A stretch of 64,000 nucleotides of DNA, from NCBI GenBank assembly GCA_963725865.1, contig CAVSAC010000009.1:32001-96000 (forward strand). Direction: 5' to 3'. The notes under the pieces were generated by a model that was given only the letters and a program-made list of their open reading frames with translations, had not been told where the DNA came from and made no database searches. Position numbers and translations under genes: made by a program. Every line of letters begins with the position of its first letter. Positions within the stretch are counted from its first letter, which is position 1. Below, in pieces: positions 25,255-39,176 of this stretch. This DNA is from Candidatus Eiseniibacteriota bacterium (lineage in GTDB: Bacteria; Eisenbacteria; RBG-16-71-46).

Positions 25255-26112
25255 ATGCTCTCTCGGCGACGGTTCCTGCGCCTCGGGGCCGAGCTCGCCG
25301 CCGCGGGCGTGGTCGCCGGCTTCTATTCGGTACGCATCGAGACCCACTGGCTCGACATCACCCACCGGCTGCTGCCGGTCGAGGGGCTGCCGCCTGCGCT
25401 CCACGGACGCCGACTGGTGCAGCTCAGCGACATCCACGTGGGCGGCTTCACCGACGACTACTACATCGTCTCGGTGCTCGAGCGCGTGCGCGCCATGGCG
25501 CCCGACTTCGTCGCCTACACCGGCGATCAGGTCACGCAGCGGCGCGGTGGCCCGTTCATGGAGCGCCTGGCGGGCGTGATGGACCATGTCGCGCGCGGCC
25601 GGCTCGGCACCGTCGGCGTGCTCGGCAACCACGATTACGGGGGCGGCTGGTACGGCGGCGAGTACCTGCAGGGGCGTGCCGCCGAGGTGACGGCACACCT
25701 CGAGGCCGCCGGCGTCACCGTGCTGCGCAACGCCAACGTCACGCTCGCCGGTCTCACCTTCGTCGGTATCGAGGACCTGTGGAGCGGGCATCACGACATC
25801 CCGCGCGCCCTCCACGGGGTGCCGGCGAGCGCGCCGGCGCTGCTGCTGTGCCACAACCCCGACGGCGCCGATTTGCCCGATTGGGCCGGGCGACGCGGCT
25901 GGATGCTGTCGGGTCACACCCACGGCGGCCAGGTGAAGCTGCCGTTCCTGCCGCCGCCGGTGCTCAACGTGAAGGACCGGCGCCACTACGCCGGCGCCTA
26001 CGACCTCGGCGCCGGGCGCCGGCTCTACGTCTCGCGCGGCGTGGGCTACGTCACCCCGCTGCGCCTCGGCGTGCGTCCCGAGGTGGCGGTGTTCACGCTG
26101 GTGCCGGCATGA
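25255..26112 (+). CDS. Metallophosphoesterase (YkuE/YaeI-like) with Tat-like N-terminus
   Basis: SDIH, TGD, GNHD, CHNPD, SGHTHGGQ, VSRGVG. Confidence 0.92.
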   Translation: MLSRRRFLRLGAELAAAGVVAGFYSVRIETHWLDITHRLLPVEGLPPALHGRRLVQLSDIHVGGFTDDYYIVSVLERVRAMAPDFVAYTGDQVTQRRGGPFMERLAGVMDHVARGRLGTVGVLGNHDYGGGWYGGEYLQGRAAEVTAHLEAAGVTVLRNANVTLAGLTFVGIEDLWSGHHDIPRALHGVPASAPALLLCHNPDGADLPDWAGRRGWMLSGHTHGGQVKLPFLPPPVLNVKDRRHYAGAYDLGAGRRLYVSRGVGYVTPLRLGVRPEVAVFTLVPA

Positions 26113-29081
26113 GGCGCGGCCCCGGCACCACTCGAGTCGCGCGGCGCCTCGAGCGCGAGCAGCGACGGCACCGAGTCGGGATCGGCGAGGCGCAGCAGAC
26201 CGTAGCCGATGCCGGCGAGCCCGTTCATGAGCCCGGGCGCCTCGACCGCCGCCATGGTGCCGCATCGCCAGCCGCCGTCCTCGGCGCTGTCGAGCACCGC
26301 CGCGGTCCAGCCGGCGCACTCGTCGCGGAGCGCATCCATGCCGAGCGTGCGCGCGGCGAGCAGGAGCACGTCGAGGTTGCCGAGGTCGCCGTGGCAGAGG
26401 CAGTGGTTCTTCCCGAAGCCCCGGCGCGCCACCACTTCCGCCAGCGCCACCGCCTCGACGCGCGCTGCCTCGGCCGCACCGCTCTCCACCGCGGCGAGCC
26501 GCGCGACCAGCAGGCCGGGCAGGCCGTAGCACCAACTCATCGAGAGCGTGCGCTCGGCGCTGCCGGCGAGCGCCGAGGCCGCGGGTGCGGGCGACTCCGA
26601 GGTCCGCCAGCGCTCGATCGACGGACGCAGCCAGGCGCTCTCCGCCCGCAGCGCGGCCAGCGCGCGGGCGCGCAGGGCCTGCGCACCGGTGGTCCGCGCC
26701 AGCAGCAGCAGCGCGTGCGCGATGCCCGAGGTGCCGTGCGCGAACCCGGTCGCGGGCTCCTCGCCGCTCAGCCGGTTCCACCACAGCGGGCCGTCGGGGC
26801 CGTCGCGGGCCACCGCGGCGAGGCGCTCGCCGCACGCCCGGGCCAGCGCCAGCGCGCGCCCATCACGCGCGACGTGCTCGAGCGCGAGCGCTGCCGCGAT
26901 CACCCCGGCGCCTCCCGCCACCACGTCGAGCTCCTCGTCGGCCTCGCAAAGACGCTCGAGCGCCCCGAGTCGCGCGAGCGCCTCGCGGACCAGGGCGTCG
27001 TCCCGCCACAGCGCGGCGCAGTGGGCGAGCGTGTAGACCGTGCCGGCGAGTCCCTGGAACAGCCCGCGCTCCAGGCGCGCCGGCTCGGTGCGCCCGAGCG
27101 CCTCGAGGGTGGCGCAGAGGCCGCGGCGCGCGAGACGCGTGAACGACTCGTCGCCGGTGAGCGCGCCGAGTCGGGCGAGGAACAGCACGATGCCCGGCAC
27201 ACCCGAGTACAGGTCCGTGGCCTCGGCATTCAGCGTCCATCCGTTGGCGCGGAAATCGAGCGCGATCCAGGTGGCGCGCTCGTCGTCGCCGACCGCCATG
27301 CGCTCGAACCAGCGTCCGAGCGAGCGCGCCGCCACGAGCAGTCTTGCCCGCTGCGCCTCGTGCGACGGCGCGCGTTCGCCGCGCGCCAGCACGTACGCGC
27401 TCCACTCGCCGCGGTCACGGTTGAGCACCTCCATCCCCAGCGCGGCGCGCACCAGCCAGGCCTCGCGCTCGACATCGCGCTCGTCCATCGCGGCCAGCCG
27501 CCGGCACGCCTCGTCGAGCGCCGACTCCGCGAACAGGTCGCGCCGCGACTCGCCGCGGCTGTCCCAGAGATGGCGCGACCCGGGTTGGCTCGTGAACACC
27601 GGGACGTCGCCGGCCCGCAGGTCGTCGCGCTCGGACTTCGCCACCGCGCGCAGCTCCACCGCGTCGCTCAGGCCCTGCAGGCGGTCGAACAGCGCGTCGC
27701 GCGCAGCCTCCTCGCGCAGCACGTCGGGGTTCCAGCTCTCGTCGATGAGCAGGCCGTACACGCGCGTCGGGCGCATCACCACGCGTACCCGGTCCCGGGC
27801 GAAGCGGCGCAGCGGCCCCTCCGGTGGGAGCAGGAGGTCGCGCTCGCGCACCAGCCAGGCCCTCATGGCGCGGAAGCCCCCGCTCATCGCCTCGGCGTGC
27901 GCGGTCGGGTCGATCTCGCGGCCGGCGAGCGTAGGACGATTGTGACCGGGCTCCAGCGGCAGCGGCTCGCGCACCGCGTGCATGTCGTCGCGCCCGACGT
28001 CGCGCCAGCGCAGCACCGGGTCGGGCGCCTGCTGGCCCGAGGCGGCGGCGACGCCGCTCAGGTCGGCCTCGGCGTCCTCGCCGTTGACGCGGTAGGGCAG
28101 CAATCCCACGCGCAGCACGGAGTCCTCGAGCGCGGAGGCGGTGGCGCGATGCTCCCGCGTCCGGGCGGCCAGCGACGGGGGCGTGGGATGGAACAGCGTC
28201 TCGAGATCGACCAGCACCGGGTGCTCGCCCGCGGCGATGAGGTTCTCGAAATGGACGTCGACGGCGCGCACCGCGTGGAGCACCGCGAGCAGCGCGCCCA
28301 GGCGCACGTGGTAGCGACGCACCGCGTCCTCGTCCGCGCACGGCGCTGCGGCCACGTGCTCCACCCAGCCATGGTGGCCGCCATCGAGGACGCGCGGCGC
28401 GCGCAGCGACTCGGGAGCGCCACGCGCCGCGAGCCAGTCCACCAGCTCGCGAAAGTGAGCGTCCACCGCCAGCGGCCGCGGCTTGTAGACCAGGCGCGCG
28501 CCCCGGGCGAAGTGCAGCAGCACGACCGAGCGCCCGTCGGCGTGCGTGTCGCCCGCTCCCGCGTCCGCCTCGACCACGGGGCCGGGATCCGCGCCGTCGA
28601 AGAACGTGCGACGGATCAGCGGACCGTCGGCGGTGAGGCGCGCGACCAACTCGAGCGACGCCTCGAGGCTCTGGCGCGCGCGGTCGTCGATCTGCCGTGC
28701 GAGGACGCCGTACTCCGCGAACAGCGCCGCCGCCCGCTCCGGTTCGCGCAGCCCCGCGACGAAGCTCTCGAAGCGGGCCTCGGGCGTGTCGCCTTCGAGC
28801 TGCTCGAGCATGCGCGCGCAGTTCAGCTCGAGCACCAGCGTGGGCAGGCTCATCCAGAGCCAGCGTCGCGCCAGCCGCTCGCTCCACGCCGACTCGAGCG
28901 CGTCCGCGTCGAGCGTCAGACCCTCGGCGCGGCGCGGGGCCGCGGCGAGCGCGGCGCGGAGCCGGGCGCGGAAGCGGGCGAGCACGGGGCAGAGCGGCGC
29001 CAGCAGTGGCGCCATCGCGTCCTCGCTCAACCGCCCGGGCCACCAGGCGGGATCGAAGGATCCGGAGCCTGCGACGGTCAC
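26046..29081 (-). CDS. lanM: Class II lanthipeptide synthetase
   Basis: Dehydratase motifs GDTH, YKPR, DVHFEN, DLETLF; cyclase motifs DLYSG, GFAHG, WCYG, CHG. Confidence 0.95.
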   Translation of the reverse strand: MTVAGSGSFDPAWWPGRLSEDAMAPLLAPLCPVLARFRARLRAALAAAPRRAEGLTLDADALESAWSERLARRWLWMSLPTLVLELNCARMLEQLEGDTPEARFESFVAGLREPERAAALFAEYGVLARQIDDRARQSLEASLELVARLTADGPLIRRTFFDGADPGPVVEADAGAGDTHADGRSVVLLHFARGARLVYKPRPLAVDAHFRELVDWLAARGAPESLRAPRVLDGGHHGWVEHVAAAPCADEDAVRRYHVRLGALLAVLHAVRAVDVHFENLIAAGEHPVLVDLETLFHPTPPSLAARTREHRATASALEDSVLRVGLLPYRVNGEDAEADLSGVAAASGQQAPDPVLRWRDVGRDDMHAVREPLPLEPGHNRPTLAGREIDPTAHAEAMSGGFRAMRAWLVRERDLLLPPEGPLRRFARDRVRVVMRPTRVYGLLIDESWNPDVLREEAARDALFDRLQGLSDAVELRAVAKSERDDLRAGDVPVFTSQPGSRHLWDSRGESRRDLFAESALDEACRRLAAMDERDVEREAWLVRAALGMEVLNRDRGEWSAYVLARGERAPSHEAQRARLLVAARSLGRWFERMAVGDDERATWIALDFRANGWTLNAEATDLYSGVPGIVLFLARLGALTGDESFTRLARRGLCATLEALGRTEPARLERGLFQGLAGTVYTLAHCAALWRDDALVREALARLGALERLCEADEELDVVAGGAGVIAAALALEHVARDGRALALARACGERLAAVARDGPDGPLWWNRLSGEEPATGFAHGTSGIAHALLLLARTTGAQALRARALAALRAESAWLRPSIERWRTSESPAPAASALAGSAERTLSMSWCYGLPGLLVARLAAVESGAAEAARVEAVALAEVVARRGFGKNHCLCHGDLGNLDVLLLAARTLGMDALRDECAGWTAAVLDSAEDGGWRCGTMAAVEAPGLMNGLAGIGYGLLRLADPDSVPSLLALEAPRDSSGAGAAPHAGTSVNTATSGRTPRRSGVT

Positions 29082-29101
29082 CGGATGCGCACCCTTCGTG
29101 A

Positions 29102-29143
29102 CGACGGGAGCGGCTGGGCCGCGAGGCCCCTCCGCTCCCGTCG
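29102..29143 (-). promoter_or_regulatory. Intercistronic stem-loop between lanA and lanM
   Basis: cgacgggagcgg/ccgctcccgtcg outer stem plus gggcc-gcga-ggccc inner stem. Confidence 0.7.
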
Positions 29144-29160
29144 CGATCGGATCCCGTCCG

Positions 29161-29367
29161 CTAGGCGCAGCAGCGGGAGAGCACGGTGTACAGCGTGCAG
29201 AACCAGGCAGTCGTCAGCTTGCTGGTGCCGGCCGCGCGGCGCAGCTGGGTCTCGGCGAGGCCCATCGCGCCCACGGGGCTCGCGGGTATCGCCGCACGGC
29301 CCGAATCCTCGAGCTGAGCCCTGAACTTCGGGTCCTTCCACGCGCGGACGATCTCCGACTTCGACAT
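29161..29367 (-). CDS. lanA: Mersacidin/lichenicidin-family lanthipeptide precursor (68 aa)
   Basis: Leader IVRAWKDPKFR...PASPVG; Ser/Thr/Cys-rich core TSKLTTAWFCTLYTVLSRCCA; AGGAGG RBS; directly upstream of lanM. Confidence 0.92.
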   Translation of the reverse strand: MSKSEIVRAWKDPKFRAQLEDSGRAAIPASPVGAMGLAETQLRRAAGTSKLTTAWFCTLYTVLSRCCA

Positions 29368-29419
29368 CGGATGCCTCCTGGTTGGGGGGTCTGTCGTGCT
29401 CCATTCTGGAGCCAGCGGG

Positions 29420-29448
29420 ACGCTAGGCTCGGTGCGAGGTGGTCGCAA
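29420..29448 (-). promoter_or_regulatory. sigma70-like promoter of lanA
   Basis: TTGCGA-17 nt-TAGCGT. Confidence 0.5.
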
Positions 29449-29629
29449 GACAATTCCCTGCCGCGTTCGATCGCTCGCACCGCAGGCGGATGGGATTGCG
29501 AATGTGCGAACGAGTGCCGCGGCGCGCGGCGGGTGCCCGCGCTCGCGCGGCTCGCGCGCGGGACCGGGTCAGCGCGGCGGCGGCTGCGCGCCGGAGCCCG
29601 GACGCCCGGGCCGAGCGGGCGCTCGCGGC

Positions 29630-30763
<1,134 letters not shown>

Positions 30764-30935
30764 GGGGCTCCTCGAGCGTGCGGGGATCGATCGCGCGCCG
30801 TGCCTGCGGGCGCGCGCGGGGCGCACTGTAGCCGGTGGGCCGCGCCGATGCCAGCGCGCCGGCCGGCCGGACGCGGCGACGAGGGCCCGCCTCGCGACGG
30901 GCCCTCGCGCGCACCGCCGCCGGGATCGTCCGGCG

Positions 30936-31470
30936 TCAGGGACGACGCCGGAGTGCCGCCCGGTGGAGCGCGGCCCGGATCCGCGGGACATCGATGTTCC
31001 ACGGTCCCGGGTCTCCGTCGATCACGATCCCCGGATCGATCATGTACTGCCCGACGATCCGCGCCAGGTCGCACTGCGAGCACGAGTCGTCGATGTCCAC
31101 GAAGGAATACGGGACCACGTCCGGACCCCGAGCCGGTGGACGCGCGCCCGCGTGGGCCCGTGCCCACCGGCCGCAACGGGGCCGAGCGCGTCCCCACCTC
31201 GACCATCACGTTCTTGGTGCCCAGCACCGGACGGCTTGCGAAGTTGACGACGTGATCGTGCGCCAGCGAGCGCCAGCACACCGTGTCGCCCTTCCTCACC
31301 CGCAGCACCACCGGCAGGCCGGGCGCGAGGGGCCTGCCGTTCACGGTCACCCGCACCAGCCGCCCGCGCTTCAGCACCACTTCGAATCGCCGCCGCGCCA
31401 GCGGCAGGGCGCCCGCGCCGGATGCGCGTCGCCGGGTTGGGCGGCCGGTGGACCCACGCTTCGTGGCCAT
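30936..31470 (-). CDS. Small beta-rich hypothetical protein with DPGIVIDG motif, no signal peptide (indel near 31140)
   Basis: AGGAGG RBS; LRVRKGDTVCW...HVVNF, continuing in another frame as YSFVDID...CSQC...DPGIVIDG; similar to the neighbouring gene. Confidence 0.65.
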
Positions 31471-31556
31471 CGCTGCACCTCCTGGTGGCGGACTCGTCCG
31501 GCGCGGCGGCCGCCACGCCGGTGCTGCAGATGCGCGCGGGGGGCGCGACGTCGCGA

Positions 31557-32042
31557 TCATCCGTCGATGACGAGGCTCGGATCGGTGGGGAGCGGATGGA
31601 GCTCGCCATCCCCACCCTGGAAGACCTCGAGCCCGGTCTCGACGTCGATCACCCGGTAGTAGTAGGTCTGGCCGACGGTCGCCGACTCGTGCACACCCTC
31701 CGGCCCCGCCGATGAAGGAGCCGTCCCCGGCACGCTCCGCCGGATGTAGCTCAGGCACTTGTGCACCAGGTTGGCGTCATGGGGATCGGGCTTGTAGAAC
31801 TCGATGAGGTATCCGTGCTGCTGCGTGTTCTTCCAGATCACGCGCTCGTGGTTCTTCTTGCTGAGATGGAGCACCACCGGGCTCAGCTGTCCCTTCGCCC
31901 CGATGGTGATCACCTTGGGCTCGGGCGGCGGCGCGGCGCGCACGGCGCGGATGCCGCCGCTCAGCGCGATCGCGGCGAGCGTGATGGACAGCACGGTGCG
32001 GGCCCCGAGGCGTGGGGCGAGGGCGCGCGGGATGTGGCTCAT
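31557..32042 (-). CDS. Small secreted beta-rich hypothetical protein ending DPSLVIDG
   Basis: Signal peptide (..AVRA), GGAGG RBS, ATGA overlap with the kinase stop. Confidence 0.8.
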   Translation of the reverse strand: MSHIPRALAPRLGARTVLSITLAAIALSGGIRAVRAAPPPEPKVITIGAKGQLSPVVLHLSKKNHERVIWKNTQQHGYLIEFYKPDPHDANLVHKCLSYIRRSVPGTAPSSAGPEGVHESATVGQTYYYRVIDVETGLEVFQGGDGELHPLPTDPSLVIDG

Positions 32043-34510
32043 GAGTCCTCCTGGGTGGTGGGTGACCGTTCCACGATGCGGCGGAATCCCGGGTCGTCGC
32101 GCAGCGTCGCCAGGCCGGGGCTGTGCAGCAGGCGCCCGACCGCGAGCCCGTGACGCACCGCCGCTTCGATCCAGTGCAGCGCCTGCTCGCGCTCGCCGGC
32201 GTCGTTGCACACCGATCCGGCGATCATCATCACGTTCGCGTCCCCGGGCGCCCGCTCCAGCGCGTGCGTGATCGCCTCGATCGCGCCCCGGTGGTCCCGG
32301 CGGTTGCCGAGGGCGATGGCGAGGTACGCCCAGTCGTCGGCGTCCTGGGGGTCGCGCTCCAGGCGCGCCCGCAGCAGCGCGATGGCGCGGTCGAACGCCT
32401 CGGTGGCGAGCGCGTCGTGCCCCGGCACGTGGAGGGCGACGCTGCCGATGTTGGTCCAGGTGCGCGCGTCGTCTGGCGCCAGCGCGGCGGCGCGCCGGTG
32501 GGCGTCGAGCGCGGCATCGAGCCGGCCGAGGTAGAAGTTCGCGGTGCCGAGGTTGGTGTAGGCGCGCATCGTCGGCTGGATCGCGAGCGAGCGCTCGCAC
32601 GCAGCGACCGCGTCGTCGTAGCGGTCCATCTGCAGGTACGCCGCCGCCAGGTTGTAGTGGGCGCGGGCGTTGTCCGGCGTGTGCTCGGTCACGCGGGTCC
32701 AGGCCTCGATCGCCTCGGCGTAGCGGGTGCGGCGGAACAGGAACACGCCGTACCAGCTGTGCGCGGGCCAGTGCCGTGGATGGCGCTCGATGGCGTCGCG
32801 GAAGGTCGCCTCGGCCTCGGCGTCGCGCCCGAGCGCGTCGCACGCGCGGGCGATGCCGACCAGCGCGTCCGGCGAGGGCTGGCGCGCGTGGGAGGCCCGG
32901 AACGCCTCGAGCGCCTCGGCGTGCCGCCCGGTGGTGAGGTGCACCTCGCCGAGCGCCAGCCGCACCTCGGGCGCCTCGGGGTCGAGCCCCAGCGCCCGCT
33001 CGCACTGCGACGCGGCGCGGGCGTGCCACGCCGGCTCGTGGGTGAGCCGCAGCTTCTGCAGGAACGCGCGCGCGAGCGCGGCGTGCACCGCGGCGCCCCC
33101 GTCGCCGCTCTCGACCAGGCGCTCGAGTCGCGCGATGGCGCCGTCCACCGCGGCCTCGTTGTCGTAGCGCTGCAGGGAGCCCACCGCCTGGAGGTAGCGC
33201 TCGCGTGCCGCGGGATCGCGGGCGGCGCGACGGGCCGGGCCGGCTCCACCCGCGTCCAGCGCCCGCGCCACGCTCGCGGCGAGGCGGTCCTCCAGGTCGA
33301 GGGGGTCGTCGGTCGTGCCATCGAGCACATCGGCCGCGAGCTGGAGCCCGGCCCGCGGCTCCACCGCGGTCCAGGTGACACGCAGCCGCCGGCCGGAGCG
33401 TCGCAGCGTGCCGCGCACCAGCAGGTTCGCGCCCAGCCGGCGCGCGAGCGCCGCGTCGGGCTCGGCGCCGCCGTCGCTGGCGTCCGGGACCGCGACCACC
33501 TGGATCCCGCTCGCGCGCGCGAGCGCGGCGCGCAGCGAGGTCGCGAAGCCGCTCGCGGAGGGACCGGGGTGGGTCCGCTCGCCGGCCTCACCCTCCAGCT
33601 CCTCGAACGGCAGCACCGCCACGAAGAGGCGCTCCGGCATCCGCGCACTGGCCGGCAGCGGCGGATCCTCGCGCCGCTCCCCCGCGGCGGTCGCGCCGCT
33701 CGTGGTCGCGATCGCGCGCAGCGCCATGGCGACCGCGTGCGCATCGCTCGGCCGCTCGCCTGGGCCCTTGGCCAGCAGCTGCAGGATCAGCGCCTCGAGC
33801 GCGGCCGGCGCGTCGGGCCGGCGCTCGCGCAGGGGCGGAGGCGGCAGGTTGGCGGCGCCGTAGAGCACCGCCTCGGCGACCGCGCCACGGAACGGGGGCT
33901 CGCCGGCGACTGCCTCGTAGAGCACCACGCCGAGGCCGTAGAGATCGCTCTGCGGCGTCGCCTCGCCGCCGCGGGCGACCTCGGGCGCGAGGTAGGCGAC
34001 GGTGCCGAGCGTCACGCCGCTGGTGGTGTGGCGCGACTGCCCGGCGGCGCGCGCGAGCCCGAAGTCGAGCACGAACACCCGCCCGTCGCGCGCGCGCATG
34101 AGGTTGCGCGCGGTGACGTCGCGGTGCACCACTCCCTGGCCGTGCGCGTGGGCCAGCGCCTCCGCCGCCGCGATGCCGATGCGGACCACCTCGTCCGGGG
34201 GGAGCAGCCCGCGCGCCGCGAGCTCCGCGATGGTGTCGCCGTCGATCAGCGCGAAGGCGATGTAGACGGTGTCGCCCTGCTCGCCGTGGTCGAGCACCGC
34301 CGGGATCGCGGGGTGATCGAGCGCCGCGTGGGTGCGCGCCTCGTTGAGGAAGCGGCGCCGGTCACGCGGGTCACGCGCCAGGCCCTGGTCCAGCACCTTG
34401 AGAGCGACCGCGCGACCGAGCAGGGTGTCCTCGGCCCGCCACACCGTGGCCATGCCTCCGCGCCCGAGTGGAGCGGTGACGCGGAAACGCCCGATCGTGC
34501 GCCCGATCAT
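32039..34510 (-). CDS. Hanks-type protein kinase with TolB-N-like domain and TPR repeats; atypical catalytic loop
   Basis: GRGGMATV, VALK, HRDVTARN, DFG, GTVAYLAPE; VAVLPFE domain; TPR array. Confidence 0.93.
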   Translation of the reverse strand: MIGRTIGRFRVTAPLGRGGMATVWRAEDTLLGRAVALKVLDQGLARDPRDRRRFLNEARTHAALDHPAIPAVLDHGEQGDTVYIAFALIDGDTIAELAARGLLPPDEVVRIGIAAAEALAHAHGQGVVHRDVTARNLMRARDGRVFVLDFGLARAAGQSRHTTSGVTLGTVAYLAPEVARGGEATPQSDLYGLGVVLYEAVAGEPPFRGAVAEAVLYGAANLPPPPLRERRPDAPAALEALILQLLAKGPGERPSDAHAVAMALRAIATTSGATAAGERREDPPLPASARMPERLFVAVLPFEELEGEAGERTHPGPSASGFATSLRAALARASGIQVVAVPDASDGGAEPDAALARRLGANLLVRGTLRRSGRRLRVTWTAVEPRAGLQLAADVLDGTTDDPLDLEDRLAASVARALDAGGAGPARRAARDPAARERYLQAVGSLQRYDNEAAVDGAIARLERLVESGDGGAAVHAALARAFLQKLRLTHEPAWHARAASQCERALGLDPEAPEVRLALGEVHLTTGRHAEALEAFRASHARQPSPDALVGIARACDALGRDAEAEATFRDAIERHPRHWPAHSWYGVFLFRRTRYAEAIEAWTRVTEHTPDNARAHYNLAAAYLQMDRYDDAVAACERSLAIQPTMRAYTNLGTANFYLGRLDAALDAHRRAAALAPDDARTWTNIGSVALHVPGHDALATEAFDRAIALLRARLERDPQDADDWAYLAIALGNRRDHRGAIEAITHALERAPGDANVMMIAGSVCNDAGEREQALHWIEAAVRHGLAVGRLLHSPGLATLRDDPGFRRIVERSPTTQEDS

Positions 34511-34745
34511 GGGATCGGGCGCGCGAGGGGGCGCGCGGCGCGGCGTGGGGTGCGGCGCGGACGGCTCAGCCGAAGCCTCCGGGGTCGAGAGGATCGGGAT
34601 CGGGTCGCGGCACGATAGCGCGGCCGATGGCTCCGCGCCACGGCCAAGCGCGGCGGCCGGCGGCCGCGGCGCAGCCGGCGCCCGGCCTCGGAACCGAGGG
34701 CAGGGCCACCCGCGGCCCCTCGCCGTGGGCGGCCGACGCCGGTCC

Positions 34746-36284
<1,539 letters not shown>

Positions 36285-36450
36285 GGCGCTCGTTCCTTGG
36301 TCCGGGGATGAGGTGTTTCCGAGGTGCGGTGGACTATAGCCCGGGACCCGCCAGGGATGTGAGGGGGAACTCGCGTCCTCGGAGCGCGCGGCCACGGCCG
36401 CACCGGCAGGTCGTGGCCCGCGCGGCCAAGGCCGGCGCGGCCTCGGCGGC

Positions 36451-37265
36451 TCAGCCCCGCATCGCGCGCGCGCCCAGCGCGGTCGCGACCACCACGATCA
36501 GGCCGAACCCGACCTCGCTAAGGCCGAAGCGCGGGATGCTGGTGCGCACCCGCCAGCGCGACAGGCCGAAGGCGGCGCGCAGCGCGAGCAGCGCGATCGC
36601 CGCCAGCGCATGCCAGGGCGCCACGCCGGCGCGCACCAGCAGCGCCACCGCGGCCAGCCCCGCCGGCTGCGCCGCCAGCGCGAGACCGCGCGGCGCCGGC
36701 TCGCCGCGGTCGAGGCGCAGGCGCGCGCGCACGAACAGCACCGAGGGCACGATGCGGGTGGCGAGCACGCCCCAGGCGCCGAACGCCAACGGCAATGAGT
36801 ATCCGGCGGCGAGCGGGATCGCCGCGGCGGTGGCGGCGAGCGCGAGGGCGCCCGCCAGCTCGGAGGCGAGCGCGCGCGAGCGCGCGCCGAGGTCGAACGC
36901 CAGCGCCAGCGCGGCGAGCGGCGCCGCCAGGCCGAGCGCCAGCCGCAGCGGCCCGCGTGCCAGCACCAGGGCCGCGGCCAGCGCCAGCGCCGCGAGCAGG
37001 GCGAGCAGCGCGAACGCGCGCTCGGCCGCGGCGGTGCGCGGGTAGCGCCGACCGCGGCGCCGGTCGCCCATCCACAGCCGCAGCGGCTGGCGCGCCAGGA
37101 AGCCCGCCAGCGCGGCGAGCGCCACCAGCACCCCGGCCCACGAGGGCGCGAGCGCGAGGCCGAGCGCCAGCGGCTCGCCCAGGAACGCCCAACCGCCGTG
37201 CTCGGTCGGCATCACGATGCGCGACCAGTCCACGGCGGCCGGGCGCGGCGCGGTCGGCGTCGGGC

Positions 37266-37269
<4 letters not shown>
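36451..37269 (-). CDS. YwiC-like membrane protein
   Basis: [14 protein letters not shown] motif, multiple TM helices, GLSE C-terminal motif. Confidence 0.85.
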
Positions 37270-39168
<1,899 letters not shown>

Positions 39169-39176
<8 letters not shown>

